DNA of 64,000 nucleotides, taken from Nostoc sp. DedSLP01 (lineage in GTDB: Bacteria; Cyanobacteriota; Cyanobacteriia; Cyanobacteriales; Nostocaceae). The notes beneath the pieces are model-generated. The model saw nothing but the letters and a program-made list of their open reading frames with translations. It made no database searches and was not told the origin of the DNA. Both the position numbers and the translations under genes were made by a program. This document shows, piece after piece, positions 19,029-29,188 of the stretch. How positions within the stretch are numbered: the stretch's first letter is position 1; each line of letters begins with the position of its first letter. The stretch is taken from the NCBI GenBank assembly GCA_034530875.2, contig JAVRCJ020000005.1:96001-160000 (forward strand). Reading direction: 5' to 3'.

Positions 19029-20794
19029 TTAAGAATCCCATTGAGTTGATTTACGTAAGGCATTAATCACAGCATTACGAACCTCCTTTTCCCTATGATT
19101 CTTCATAGACTCTAAAACCTTCCGCCCCTGTGGATTACTAACACCGGCTAATGCATAAGCTAGGGCATTGATATCTATTTGATTCTTTATACCAAGTTCA
19201 ATTTGTTGCTGAAGTGCGTCTACATTACCCATACCGATTAGTGCTAGAAAGCAACGTTCAGGTAAACCATACTTATCTGTATCATCTTTTGGGCGATTCA
19301 CTCCATATATAAGCGCAGATATAACTTGAGAATTACCTGTAAACACTAAATAAACTAATGCTTCATCACGTTCATCACTAGTACACATATCATCCTGAAA
19401 AACTTGGAGGAGCGGGTCTATTATTTCGGGTAGAAAGCATCCTAGTCGTCCAAGCGCAATGGCTACATATCTTTTGGCTTTAATTGGTAAATGTGAAAAG
19501 ATTAACTTTTTCATGACCTCAATATCTTTCAGACGATTGAGATATGATACTTTTGGTAACTTTCTTTGAGGCTTACCTCCATCTGCCACAATTGCCCATT
19601 CGTAAATCCAATCTGCTTGGGCAAATATAGTTTTTTCAGGGGTACAGACGCTCAAAATAAGAGCAGACCAACTTCGAGCAAAAGCATCATGTTTTTCATT
19701 GATAATAACTTGCCGTAAAATGTCAAGTTCTTCATCAGCAAAAGTATAGGTTGTGTAAGAATGGCAAGTTTTGGCACTGGTTAGCCATAAAATAGCCCAT
19801 ATAGCTGTGGTTGACACTGCATCATTACCCACCGTCTTTTGTTCAGCAGCCGTAAGTAATACTTTGACCGCTTTACGCAAGAGTCCGTTCGGTAAAAATC
19901 TATTCTTGTACTATTATTTTTACCCTGTGGACTATAGAATGCTTCAACTAAGTGCAGTGCTGCTTTAACACGCTCTTCCACCGAGCAGAAGATAGTTAAC
20001 TCCTCCAAAAAGGGTATTAATATTTGAGTAGCATTTTCTGCATTGAGGATTTCACTGATTGTGATTACCGTATTGAATAAAACACCACCAATCTTATTTC
20101 GATGGTCATCACGAGTTTGTATATAACTCTTTAACAGTCGTTCATGCAATAGCTGTCTAAAACTGGACTGCATTACTGAATAAAATGCTTCGTCCATTAA
20201 AGTATTCTGCTTATTGTTAAGACCATCAAGGTCGTTGAGGTTATCTATAGCTTTATCTATTACTAAATGAACGGTCTCGTTCTTCAATCCAGGCTCTTTT
20301 CCAAGGCACTGCATAGCAAAACTAGACAAAGCACGAGCTTCCGTAGCCGATCTATTGGAAGATAACAGCATTAACATCACGTCATCAGCCGTGACAATAC
20401 TTAAAGACTCTGATTTATTGTTTTTTTGACCCAATTTAAATATCCAAAAGCGCATAAACTCTTGCCAATGAGCAGCGACAACTGGCTCAGTTTTTTGACT
20501 TTTACCAAAAACTTCAATTTGTCTATCTACAATCGGTATGTCATGCATTTTCTGACATAAAGAATCCAAGATATCTAAAGTTTTTTGTTGGCTCTCTTTT
20601 TTTAAAGATTCTATTTCTTTAGCTTTTCTTTCAATTTCTTGCCGACATTCTTCAATTCTTTTTCGTAATCCAAATCTTTGCTCTGCACTGTAAGTCAAAA
20701 CAAGGTCTTTCTCTAGTTCGGCAAGTTTTTCTTGCCAGAGATCCATCACTTCCTCTTGCTTTAATAAAATTTGTTCTCGATTATCTGCTGACAT
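19029..20794 (-). pseudogene. HEAT-repeat protein with N-terminal helical hairpin, split by a 1-nt deletion (restored length ~588 aa)
   Basis: ORFs 19781-20794 and 19029-19880 overlap; adding one T to the T5 run (plus-strand A5 at 19894-19898) gives ...RIDFLPNGLLRKAVKVLL...; C-terminal half has HEAT-like repeats (AKRYVAIALGRLG, ERDEALVYL, EVRNAVINALRK). Confidence 0.75.
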
Positions 20795-20797
20795 TCC

Positions 20798-21277
20798 CTA
20801 TCTCCGAACTATTCTCCTAATTTTCTCCCAAGCTTTATACATCAATCCCTCTGTTTCCATCTCCAACTCATAAGATACGATCGCAGGAATTAACGGTAAA
20901 ACTACCTTCAACTTGGCTGAGGCTGCTTTATCTTGTTTCTCTAACTTGTCTCTAATCTCTTGCAGGAGAGAAATTAATTCTGAAGGATAAGTAATGGGAG
21001 GTCTCTGTTCGATAGATACAACTGCTTGTTCTACTTTAACCAGTTGGGTTTCTGCTTCCTCTTCAGAGATAATAATCGCTTCTTGTGGATAAAGTTGCCA
21101 GTATTCTGTCTCGTATTTAGTAATATTAGGGAGAATCTCTCGCTTAATGCGCTGCTTTAACTCAAATTTCGCAGGTTGACTATTACTAGTAAATAACTCT
21201 TTTTCAAACTCTCCCAGCTTTTCGTAGAGTAAGTCTAAAATATCTTTTAAGTCATTTAGTCTGTCGTAATCGCTCAT
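20798..21277 (-). CDS. Hypothetical helical protein (159 aa) whose N-terminal hairpin is homologous to that of the downstream gene
   Basis: ORF ends 3 nt before the next ATG; DLLYEKLGEFEKELFTSNSQPAKFELKQRI motif; C-terminal KLKVVLPLIPAIVSYELE. Confidence 0.85.
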   Translation of the reverse strand: MSDYDRLNDLKDILDLLYEKLGEFEKELFTSNSQPAKFELKQRIKREILPNITKYETEYWQLYPQEAIIISEEEAETQLVKVEQAVVSIEQRPPITYPSELISLLQEIRDKLEKQDKAASAKLKVVLPLIPAIVSYELEMETEGLMYKAWEKIRRIVRR

Positions 21278-21539
21278 ATTTATTTTTAATTTATAGTTGT
21301 TAATGTAATAAAGTTTTGGGCGTTCTTGAATGATGCGGTAAATAAAAAATTATCCTATCATGAATTATTCAAGATTGCTATATATTTTACTTATCTGTTG
21401 ACGGTCTTCACTCTTGATTAGGGGAATAAAAAAGTCTAAATACCCACTGTTTGAGGACATGCCCCAGCCTCGCATTTTACATTGAGTATCATATTCAGGC
21501 GCTCAAATGGCTCCATGAAAGTTTCTTAACAGCAGCCAG

Positions 21540-21600
21540 TTAGTGATTACTTCCAGATTTTAGAAATATTTTAGATTTTAGGGGCGTATATTTGTGGGTC
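21540..21600 (+). repeat. Right copy of imperfect direct repeat bounding the gltX 3' island
   Basis: TTAGTGATTACTTCCAGATTTTAGAAATATTTTAGATTTTAGGGGCGTATATTT, compared with 17381-17438. Confidence 0.85.
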
Positions 21601-21766
21601 CCTATCGACAAGGTACAGCAACTACAGGAACAAGAAATTATTGAGTGATTACTAATGAATTATCCCCAATTTCAAATCCAAAATACCTAGTCAATTATCC
21701 TCATGTTGGGAACTTGGGGTGTAAAATTCATGTCTTCAAAAGCACTTAGAAGCAAACCTAATTACA

Positions 21767-22261
21767 ATGCCGACAAAAGCGCTCAACATAGGGATGAGAT
21801 TATCGTTGATGATAGTTACGCTTTTCATCACTTCAGCAATTAATGCCATAGCTGATGCCCAAGAAGCGCCAACGATATTTGGAGATGTCACCATTAGCCC
21901 GCAGTTTTCGCCAGATCCATTGACAGTTCGGGGGATGAGTGGTGGCTCAGTTTCTGGAAATCAAGTAGGTGGCAGAAATGAAACAGCCACCGGCCCTTGT
22001 ACTGGATTCGTTGATGAAACGCCAGACCACACATTAGTACTAACCAGTAAATTTGATTACCTCAAGCTACAAGTTCAAAGCCCTGAGGACACTACCATAA
22101 TTGTTAACGGCCCCGGCGGTACTTGGTGCAATGACGATTTTGATGGTAAGAATGCTGGCATTGTTGGTGAATGGCTGGCTGGAACTTATCAAATTTGGGT
22201 TGGTTCCTACGATAAAGGCAAGTATCTTCCTTACACTCTACAAATTACAGAAGTTAAGTAA
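21767..22261 (+). CDS. Secreted conserved protein, pre-peptidase C-terminal (PPC)-like beta domain
   Basis: Signal peptide; CTGFVD..PDH, DTT...GPGGTWCNDD and GTYQIWVGS motifs. Confidence 0.8.
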   Translation: MPTKALNIGMRLSLMIVTLFITSAINAIADAQEAPTIFGDVTISPQFSPDPLTVRGMSGGSVSGNQVGGRNETATGPCTGFVDETPDHTLVLTSKFDYLKLQVQSPEDTTIIVNGPGGTWCNDDFDGKNAGIVGEWLAGTYQIWVGSYDKGKYLPYTLQITEVK

Positions 22262-22269
22262 AGAATAGG

Positions 22270-22384
22270 GCATAGGGCATTGGGCGTGGGGAAAAGGGTA
22301 AGGGGTAAGGGGGAAAAGTTAAATTTATCCCTTTACCCTTTACCCTTTAACCTTTTCCCCTACCTCCCATACCTCCCTATGCCG
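22270..22384. repeat. G-rich/C-rich STRR-derived long hairpin
   Basis: GGCATAGGG...AAGGGGTAAGGGG arm followed by CCCTTTA repeats...CCCTATGCC arm. Confidence 0.6.
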
Positions 22385-22613
22385 ATTCTCTTTCTTTTTC
22401 TCGTGCGATATTGTATTAAAATTAAGTTAACTTTAATTAAGATTCTTGTTGGCATGGCCATAATGGTCTAAAGCTTGTATGGCTTTGCATATAAGAAATC
22501 AAATTAAACAAAATGGATTTATGAACATCCGTTTAACGGCTCAAAGTGACAGAATGATAGTCCTTCGGTTGCTAAGGCTAATGAGTTGTATAAACATCTA
22601 GAGGCAAATTAAC

Positions 22614-24500
22614 ATGAAATTTTCCTGGAAAGTCGTGGCACTCTGGACGTTGCCGGCTTTGGTTATTGGCTTTTTCTTCTGGCAAGGAGCTTTTGCAGGT
22701 GCGCCTGCGGATATGACTAAAAATGCCGCCAACACCCGGATGACCTATGGTCGCTTCCTAGAATATTTGGATGCCGATCGCGTCACCAGTGTCGATCTGT
22801 ACGAAGGCGGCAGAACTGCAATCTTAGAAGCTCGCGATCCAGATCTGGAAAATCACATCCAAAGGTGGCGGGTCGATCTGCCTGTTAACGCCCCTGAGTT
22901 AATTAGCAAGCTTAAAGAAAAGGGAATTAGTTTTGACGCTCACCCCATGCGTAATGATGGCGCAATTTGGGGATTATTGGGCAATCTGGTGTTTCCAGTT
23001 TTATTGATTACTGGATTATTCTTTTTGTTCCGGCGTTCTAGCAATCTTCCTGGCGGGCCAGGTCAAGCAATGAACTTCGGCAAATCCCGCGCCCGCTTCC
23101 AAATGGAGGCAAAAACCGGAGTCAAATTTGATGATGTAGCTGGGATTGAAGAAGCTAAGGAAGAATTACAAGAAGTTGTTACCTTCCTCAAACAACCAGA
23201 AAGATTCACCGCTGTGGGCGCACGCATTCCCAAAGGAGTACTCTTAGTCGGGCCTCCTGGAACTGGTAAAACTTTATTAGCAAAAGCGATCGCTGGTGAA
23301 GCAGGCGTACCTTTCTTCAGCATTTCCGGTTCGGAATTTGTAGAAATGTTCGTAGGTGTAGGTGCATCCCGCGTCCGCGATTTGTTTAAGAAAGCTAAAG
23401 ATAACGCCCCCTGTATTATCTTCATCGATGAAATCGATGCCGTGGGCAGACAACGGGGCGCTGGTATCGGTGGCGGTAACGATGAAAGAGAGCAAACTCT
23501 CAACCAATTGCTGACCGAAATGGATGGGTTTGAAGGTAACACAGGAATTATTATTATTGCTGCTACCAACCGTCCCGACGTATTAGACTCAGCATTGTTG
23601 CGTCCCGGCCGTTTTGACCGCCAAGTTACAGTAGATGCACCTGACATCAAAGGGCGTTTGGAAATTTTAGAAGTCCACGCACGGAACAAGAAACTAGACC
23701 CTAGCGTATCCTTAGAAGCGATCGCTCGCCGCACTCCTGGATTCACTGGTGCCGATCTAGCCAACTTACTTAACGAAGCGGCAATTCTCACCGCCAGAAG
23801 ACGCAAAGAAGCTATCACCCTCCGCGAAATTGATGATGCAGTGGATCGGGTAGTCGCTGGGATGGAAGGTACTCCTTTGGTAGACAGCAAGAGCAAGCGC
23901 TTAATTGCCTACCACGAAATTGGACACGCCTTAGTCGGGACTTTGTTAAAAGACCACGATCCAGTACAGAAAGTCACCTTGATTCCACGCGGACAAGCAC
24001 AAGGTTTAACCTGGTTTACTCCCAACGAAGAACAAGGTTTAATTTCTCGTTCCCAGTTGAAAGCCAGAATCACTGGTGCTTTGGGCGGTCGCGCTGCTGA
24101 AGAAGTGATTTTTGGCGCTGCGGAAGTAACCACTGGCGCTGGTGGAGATTTGCAACAGTTATCAGGAATGGCGCGGCAAATGGTAACCCGGTTTGGGATG
24201 TCAGATTTAGGGCCATTGTCGCTGGAAAGTCAACAGGGAGAAGTATTCTTGGGTCGTGACTGGACAACCCGATCTGAGTATTCTGAATCTATCGCTTCTC
24301 GGATTGATGGACAAGTTAGAGCGATCGTTGAAGATTGCTATGAAACCGCTAAGAAAATCATCCGCGACCATCGCACCGTTACCGATCGCTTGGTAGATTT
24401 GCTCATCGAAAAAGAAACCATTGATGGCGAAGAATTCCGTCAGATTGTGGCTGAGTATGCTGAAGTACCAGAAAAACAACAGTACGTACCACAACTGTAA
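22614..24500 (+). CDS. ftsH2: ATP-dependent zinc metalloprotease FtsH2
   Basis: MKFSW N-terminus, [11 protein letters not shown], Walker [17 protein letters not shown] zinc motif and QAQGLTWF. Confidence 0.96.
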   Translation: MKFSWKVVALWTLPALVIGFFFWQGAFAGAPADMTKNAANTRMTYGRFLEYLDADRVTSVDLYEGGRTAILEARDPDLENHIQRWRVDLPVNAPELISKLKEKGISFDAHPMRNDGAIWGLLGNLVFPVLLITGLFFLFRRSSNLPGGPGQAMNFGKSRARFQMEAKTGVKFDDVAGIEEAKEELQEVVTFLKQPERFTAVGARIPKGVLLVGPPGTGKTLLAKAIAGEAGVPFFSISGSEFVEMFVGVGASRVRDLFKKAKDNAPCIIFIDEIDAVGRQRGAGIGGGNDEREQTLNQLLTEMDGFEGNTGIIIIAATNRPDVLDSALLRPGRFDRQVTVDAPDIKGRLEILEVHARNKKLDPSVSLEAIARRTPGFTGADLANLLNEAAILTARRRKEAITLREIDDAVDRVVAGMEGTPLVDSKSKRLIAYHEIGHALVGTLLKDHDPVQKVTLIPRGQAQGLTWFTPNEEQGLISRSQLKARITGALGGRAAEEVIFGAAEVTTGAGGDLQQLSGMARQMVTRFGMSDLGPLSLESQQGEVFLGRDWTTRSEYSESIASRIDGQVRAIVEDCYETAKKIIRDHRTVTDRLVDLLIEKETIDGEEFRQIVAEYAEVPEKQQYVPQL

Positions 24501-24595
24501 TCATTGATTTCTGGGCTAATGCCTGGAAATGAACAAAAGAATAAAAACTAGAATGGGGATGGTGTTAACTATCCTCATTTTTTTAGCTCTTCCGT

Positions 24596-25666
24596 TTAAA
24601 AGGAATCCTCATCCTCTAGATCCTCTAATTGATCGTAATATTCATTATATCCTTCCTCTAATTCAGGATAATGCATTGCTCGGTGTAAAGGTGTAATAAA
24701 TTTATCGCTTACTAATTCAAAAATATTCAATGTAGCATCTATCACTTCTAGAGCTTGCTCTGAAGAAATTTCTATCACATCATATCTAGGATTATTGGTA
24801 GGCTTTTTAATAAAGATTTCTTCTGAGTATGGAATTTTTTTTACTTCATCTACTATTTTTAAAGTGCTTTCAAGATAGCATTCTAATTTCTGGAGGATAT
24901 AGAATAGTTGATGTCCATATTCATTTCTCAACTCTTTCCGTATTTCTTCAGATGTATTTTTAGTGTATTTTAATTCTTCTTCTATTAAACAAGCTTTTAA
25001 AAGTTTTTCAATTGCTTGTGAAGCCGGAAAAATTACAAATTGATAATCCCTCGTATTTTTTAAAGTAACGATAGCAAGATTTAAATCTTCAATAGCAAAA
25101 CTAATAAGCTTTATAGTTTCATTATTCAAATAAAAATTATTTTTTAATTGTTCAGGGACTATAAAAGGAAAATTACGATCGGTTTTACGTTCTTCATTAC
25201 GATAAAAAACTACATCATTTAGATATTTTATTGCTTGGAGTTTTTGTCTACTGCATTTAAACAAATTTTTTAAATATTCATTTTCTTCTTCTGTTAAACT
25301 TTGTTTGACTATTTCCGGTAAATTTGTGCAGTTAATATTGCAATCTTCAATCTTTTCTGGATGTGTGAAATACCAAATTTGTCCTTGCAGAAACAATGGT
25401 GTTTCTTTAATAATGAAATAATCAGGTATTTGTTTATATCCATAATTTTCTCGATACCAATCCTCAACTTGCCAAGCAGATAAGAATCTATCTAATTCTT
25501 CTTCACTTAATGAATCAACTCCATTGAAAAATCTATCTCCTAAATCATTTATATCAGGGCATAATTCAAGTACTACTATATCAATTCTGTCAGCAAGATA
25601 TTTATTTTCACTTGCTAATCTGCGATTTATTTTAGCTATTTGAGCATTTGTTTCATCTATGTTCAT
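24596..25666 (-). CDS. HEPN-domain protein with uncharacterised N-terminal region (AT-rich, accessory)
   Basis: C-terminal AIEDL..A, F.ASQAIEKLLKA, GHQL and PRY motifs of HEPN (MNT-associated type). Confidence 0.75.
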   Translation of the reverse strand: MNIDETNAQIAKINRRLASENKYLADRIDIVVLELCPDINDLGDRFFNGVDSLSEEELDRFLSAWQVEDWYRENYGYKQIPDYFIIKETPLFLQGQIWYFTHPEKIEDCNINCTNLPEIVKQSLTEEENEYLKNLFKCSRQKLQAIKYLNDVVFYRNEERKTDRNFPFIVPEQLKNNFYLNNETIKLISFAIEDLNLAIVTLKNTRDYQFVIFPASQAIEKLLKACLIEEELKYTKNTSEEIRKELRNEYGHQLFYILQKLECYLESTLKIVDEVKKIPYSEEIFIKKPTNNPRYDVIEISSEQALEVIDATLNIFELVSDKFITPLHRAMHYPELEEGYNEYYDQLEDLEDEDSF

Positions 25667-25798
25667 TTTAAATTAATCTTAAAATACTACGTAAAAATAG
25701 TTCTATTTAGATAATTTGACTCTAGCCATTTTCTTAGAACATAAACTAGAAAATTGAATAAAGTACAGTGCCAGATGGCTAGTTAGAAATTTGTAAGC

Positions 25799-26317
25799 TT
25801 ATATGTTACAGTCTACAAGTTTAGAAGTGAGCCGACAGAAGCCCAATACGACCATCATCACCCAGAAACTACCCCCCAACCAAACATTTCCCCTATTAAT
25901 ATCACAACTAATATAAGGAAGGTGTCCTTGTGGTGCTGTAAGGTCGAAAGTCAACTTTGGATAATGTAATCAGTTCCAATCCTCTTTCCTCCAACCTACA
26001 GCATTGGCAAAAGTTCCCCAAATTTCTACATCATATTCCTTCACAATTTCTGCTTTATACTCCTTAGTTCCACCAAGGCTTTGATAAATACGCCTTTGAA
26101 TTGAGAAGCCAAAGTGTCCATTGCTGTATTTAACCCACAATCGGTCAATAATGCTGAGGTCTGTACAGGGAAAATCATCAATATCTTGAAAACGCAACCA
26201 ACTTTCCTGTTTCGCTACTACTAACATTACTCGTCCTGTTTCGTGATCAGCCTCTTTCCATTTCCCAGCAGCGAGTAAGTCCTGCAAGCGGGTGTAGTCT
26301 GTTGATCCTTGTGGCAT
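25799..26317 (-). pseudogene. Stand-alone GUN4-domain gene interrupted by one TGA (25970-25972)
   Basis: DYTRLQDLLAAGKWKEADHET, FPCTDL.IIDRLW..YSNGHFGFSIQ; the frame stays open past the stop as LHYPKLTFDLTAPQGHLP...SKLVDCNI*. Confidence 0.88.
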
Positions 26318-26551
26318 AAATAATAGTACAAAGTTCCTAATCTTGTTTAAGGGAAATGCTTACTACTTATTGTTCCCATCTGTATTAAGAGGATCACAAC
26401 TTGGATTAAATTCAGTATCATTTTGCTGTAATGACTTTTGTGGTTATTTGGTCAGCTGTTAATCTGATGTATTTATTTAAGCTTGCCGAAATCCGAAACT
26501 GGCAACACGGTTATTGTATGTAAATATCTACCCCTTTTTTATTTGCAGCAA

Positions 26552-27097
26552 ATGAATAGTAAAGCGAAATTATTAACTCTTGCCACCATCACTTTTGCTC
26601 TTTCATCTGTGAGTGTGGGAGCAGTCATAGCACAGACAAAACTAACCAATAAATCCAAATTGTTCGCTAACGGTATTGGACAAGTGCGAGTGGGAATGAC
26701 GGTCTCTCAAGCAAGCAAAGCTGCTGGGACTCGGCTAATTGGCGACCCACCGAATAAATATTGCTACTACGTAAAGCCGGAATGGGATCCTAAAGATGTT
26801 GGGTTCATGGTGACAGAAGGTCGTATTTCTAGGGTGGATGTGTGGAGAGATAGCAAAATTACTACCTTAAAAGGTGCAAAAATCGGTGACACGGAAGCGC
26901 GGATTAAATCTCTCTATCCAGGGCAGATTAAAGTTACTCCTCATAACTATGTCCAAGGTGGTCACTACCTGACTTTTATACCAAAAGACGAATCTGACCA
27001 AAATTATCGTCTAGTATTTGAGACTGATGGTAAACGTGTCACTCAGTTTCGCTCAGGTAAATTACCGGAAGTTGAATATGTGGAGGGATGTAGTTAA
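26552..27097 (+). CDS. Secreted conserved hypothetical protein
   Basis: Signal peptide from ATG 26552; GIGQVRVGMT, T.KGAKIGD.E and C-terminal EGCS motifs. Confidence 0.8.
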   Translation: MNSKAKLLTLATITFALSSVSVGAVIAQTKLTNKSKLFANGIGQVRVGMTVSQASKAAGTRLIGDPPNKYCYYVKPEWDPKDVGFMVTEGRISRVDVWRDSKITTLKGAKIGDTEARIKSLYPGQIKVTPHNYVQGGHYLTFIPKDESDQNYRLVFETDGKRVTQFRSGKLPEVEYVEGCS

Positions 27098-27371
27098 TTA
27101 GAGAGAGCGTAAGTGTATCTATAACTCGGAACAGTTTAAGTCAAAAAACACCGTCATCGATTTCTGCAATTATCGAAACCACACCGATTTCATCTGGCGA
27201 TGGTCTTGTTCCAACATACACCACTGTGTAGCAAGATAAAGGCTTTGAACGGCAGTTAGTTTATAGTCATTCGTCTTTATAAATGACAAATAACTAATCG
27301 AAAATTGTATCAGTTCGTTCAACTGCTTCAGAATTCAGAATAATCTTGAATTCTGAATTCTGACTTCTGTT

Positions 27372-28682
27372 TTATCGTTCGAGTTCATCTACTGCTTTGG
27401 GAACTCCCGCAGTTAAGATTTCATGTCCATTCGCTGTCACTAACACATCATCTTCAATGCGAATCCCAATTCCAACCCATCGCGGGTGAGTTTCTGGTTG
27501 GTCTTCTGCTAATTTGGTATCAGGCACAATATAAAGTCCTGGTTCCACTGTCAAAATTTGACCTGGTTGTAAAATCTGCGGTTTATCTTCACCGTGCTGG
27601 TAAACTCCCACATCATGCACATCTAAACCTAACCAATGACTGGTACGGTGCATATAATATGGTTTGTATTTTTCTTCTTCAATTAACTTGTCAATTTCCC
27701 CTTGAAGAATGCCAAGTTCAACTAAACCTTCAGTCAGGACGCGCACTGCTATATCATGAACTGATTTGAAGGTATTGCCTGGTTGTACTTGAGCGATCGC
27801 TTGTTTTTGTGCCTCTAAAACAATCTCATACAATGTCTTCTGTTCTGGTGTAAATTTACCTCCAACGGGAAATGTCCGGGTAATATCAGAATTGTAATAA
27901 CCATAAGCACAACCGGCATCAATTAACAGTAACTCTCCATCCTGCATTTGCCGATTATTTTCAACGTAGTGCAACACGCAAGCATTCACACCAGAAGCCA
28001 CAATGGAAGGATAAGCCGGGCCGATACCACCCCGCACTCGAAAGATGCGTTCCATTTCTGCTTGGATTTCATATTCATAACGTCCGGGTGCAGCGATTTC
28101 TTGGGCGTGATTGTGTGCTTCAATAGCGATCGCAGCTGCTTGGCGCATTAACTCCAACTCGGCTTCACTTTTGATTAGTCTCATACCGTGGATAATAGTC
28201 CCGGTATCTTGAATCGCAATCGGCCCTGTACCGCGTTTGGGATAAGTTTGCAGTAACCTTTGGTAATGTGTCAAAATTTTCTCATTAAAAGCGCGATCGC
28301 GTCCTAAGTGATAGTAAATGCGATCGGCTTTTTCCAAATATTGCGGCAATTTTTCATCTAACTCGTTAATGGGGTACGCTTCATCAGCACCATAAATTTC
28401 TTTCGCTGCATCTACCCCGCAGCGATAACCACTCCATACTTCTCTTTCCCGATCCTTAGGTTGAACAAACAACACAAACCGATGTTCAGCGTGATGCGGC
28501 GCTAACACTGCAACAGCCTCTGGTTCGTTAAATCCAGTTAAGTAGAAAAAATCACTATCTTGGCGATAAACATACTCAACATCATTGTGCATCACTGCCA
28601 TTGGCGCACTGCGAAAAATGGCTGTGCCATTGCCAATTTTTGCCATTAATCGCTCTCGACGCTGCCGATATTCTGTTTGCAT
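27372..28682 (-). CDS. pepP: Xaa-Pro aminopeptidase (aminopeptidase P)
   Basis: RQDSDFFYLTG, LHY, DAG, SDITRT, H..SHWLGLDVHD, EPGLY and GIRIEDD motifs. Confidence 0.96.
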   Translation of the reverse strand: MQTEYRQRRERLMAKIGNGTAIFRSAPMAVMHNDVEYVYRQDSDFFYLTGFNEPEAVAVLAPHHAEHRFVLFVQPKDREREVWSGYRCGVDAAKEIYGADEAYPINELDEKLPQYLEKADRIYYHLGRDRAFNEKILTHYQRLLQTYPKRGTGPIAIQDTGTIIHGMRLIKSEAELELMRQAAAIAIEAHNHAQEIAAPGRYEYEIQAEMERIFRVRGGIGPAYPSIVASGVNACVLHYVENNRQMQDGELLLIDAGCAYGYYNSDITRTFPVGGKFTPEQKTLYEIVLEAQKQAIAQVQPGNTFKSVHDIAVRVLTEGLVELGILQGEIDKLIEEEKYKPYYMHRTSHWLGLDVHDVGVYQHGEDKPQILQPGQILTVEPGLYIVPDTKLAEDQPETHPRWVGIGIRIEDDVLVTANGHEILTAGVPKAVDELER

Positions 28683-29188
28683 AGTAGATGTATTTGTAAA
28701 GTCTCGTGTTATTTTACACTTTTGACAACCAGCGGATGCACAGATAATGCTTCTCGGTAGTTGCTAATCTTAGTTATTTTAGCCAATATTTGTTCGCGCT
28801 CAAGTTATAAAACATCAGGATTCAGAATTAAGTATTCAGGATTCTGAATATTTTTACACCCAAGCTGAATCAGTTAAAAAATCAATAACCCATATAGCAA
28901 CCCTATTTGAGTTATGAAAAATATATCGGCGGTAATTATTACAAAAACATCACATAATTTATCTATAAATCATCACAAGCAGAATTTATTTCCTAATTGT
29001 TTAGATAATACTTGATTTTTACAGACAAATGATTTAAACGAAATCAAAATTTGTGGTCAAAGACTGACATTAAGCAAAATAAAATAGTGCTGAAGAAAAA
29101 ATAAAAACCAAATAAATGTTATTTCATTACAGAAAAGTACAAACTAAAAAAGTTAAAAAAAGATAACAACCAACAATTAAAAAATACC

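Noticed and set aside
18984..19040. Fusion of the 84-aa ORF to the HEAT protein
   Set aside because: Same frame but separated by two stop codons; an alternative upstream start (MGFLKFIL) needs an additional indel, so unsupported.
23063..23896. 277-aa antisense ORF, and other shadow ORFs inside gltX, pepP, chlD, prfB and the kinases
   Set aside because: Opposite-strand or alternative-frame shadows of well-supported genes.
25799..26317. The true gun4 Mg-chelatase activator (given chlD nearby)
   Set aside because: Lacks the N-terminal helical domain and looks like the accessory GUN4-domain paralogues; also interrupted by a stop.
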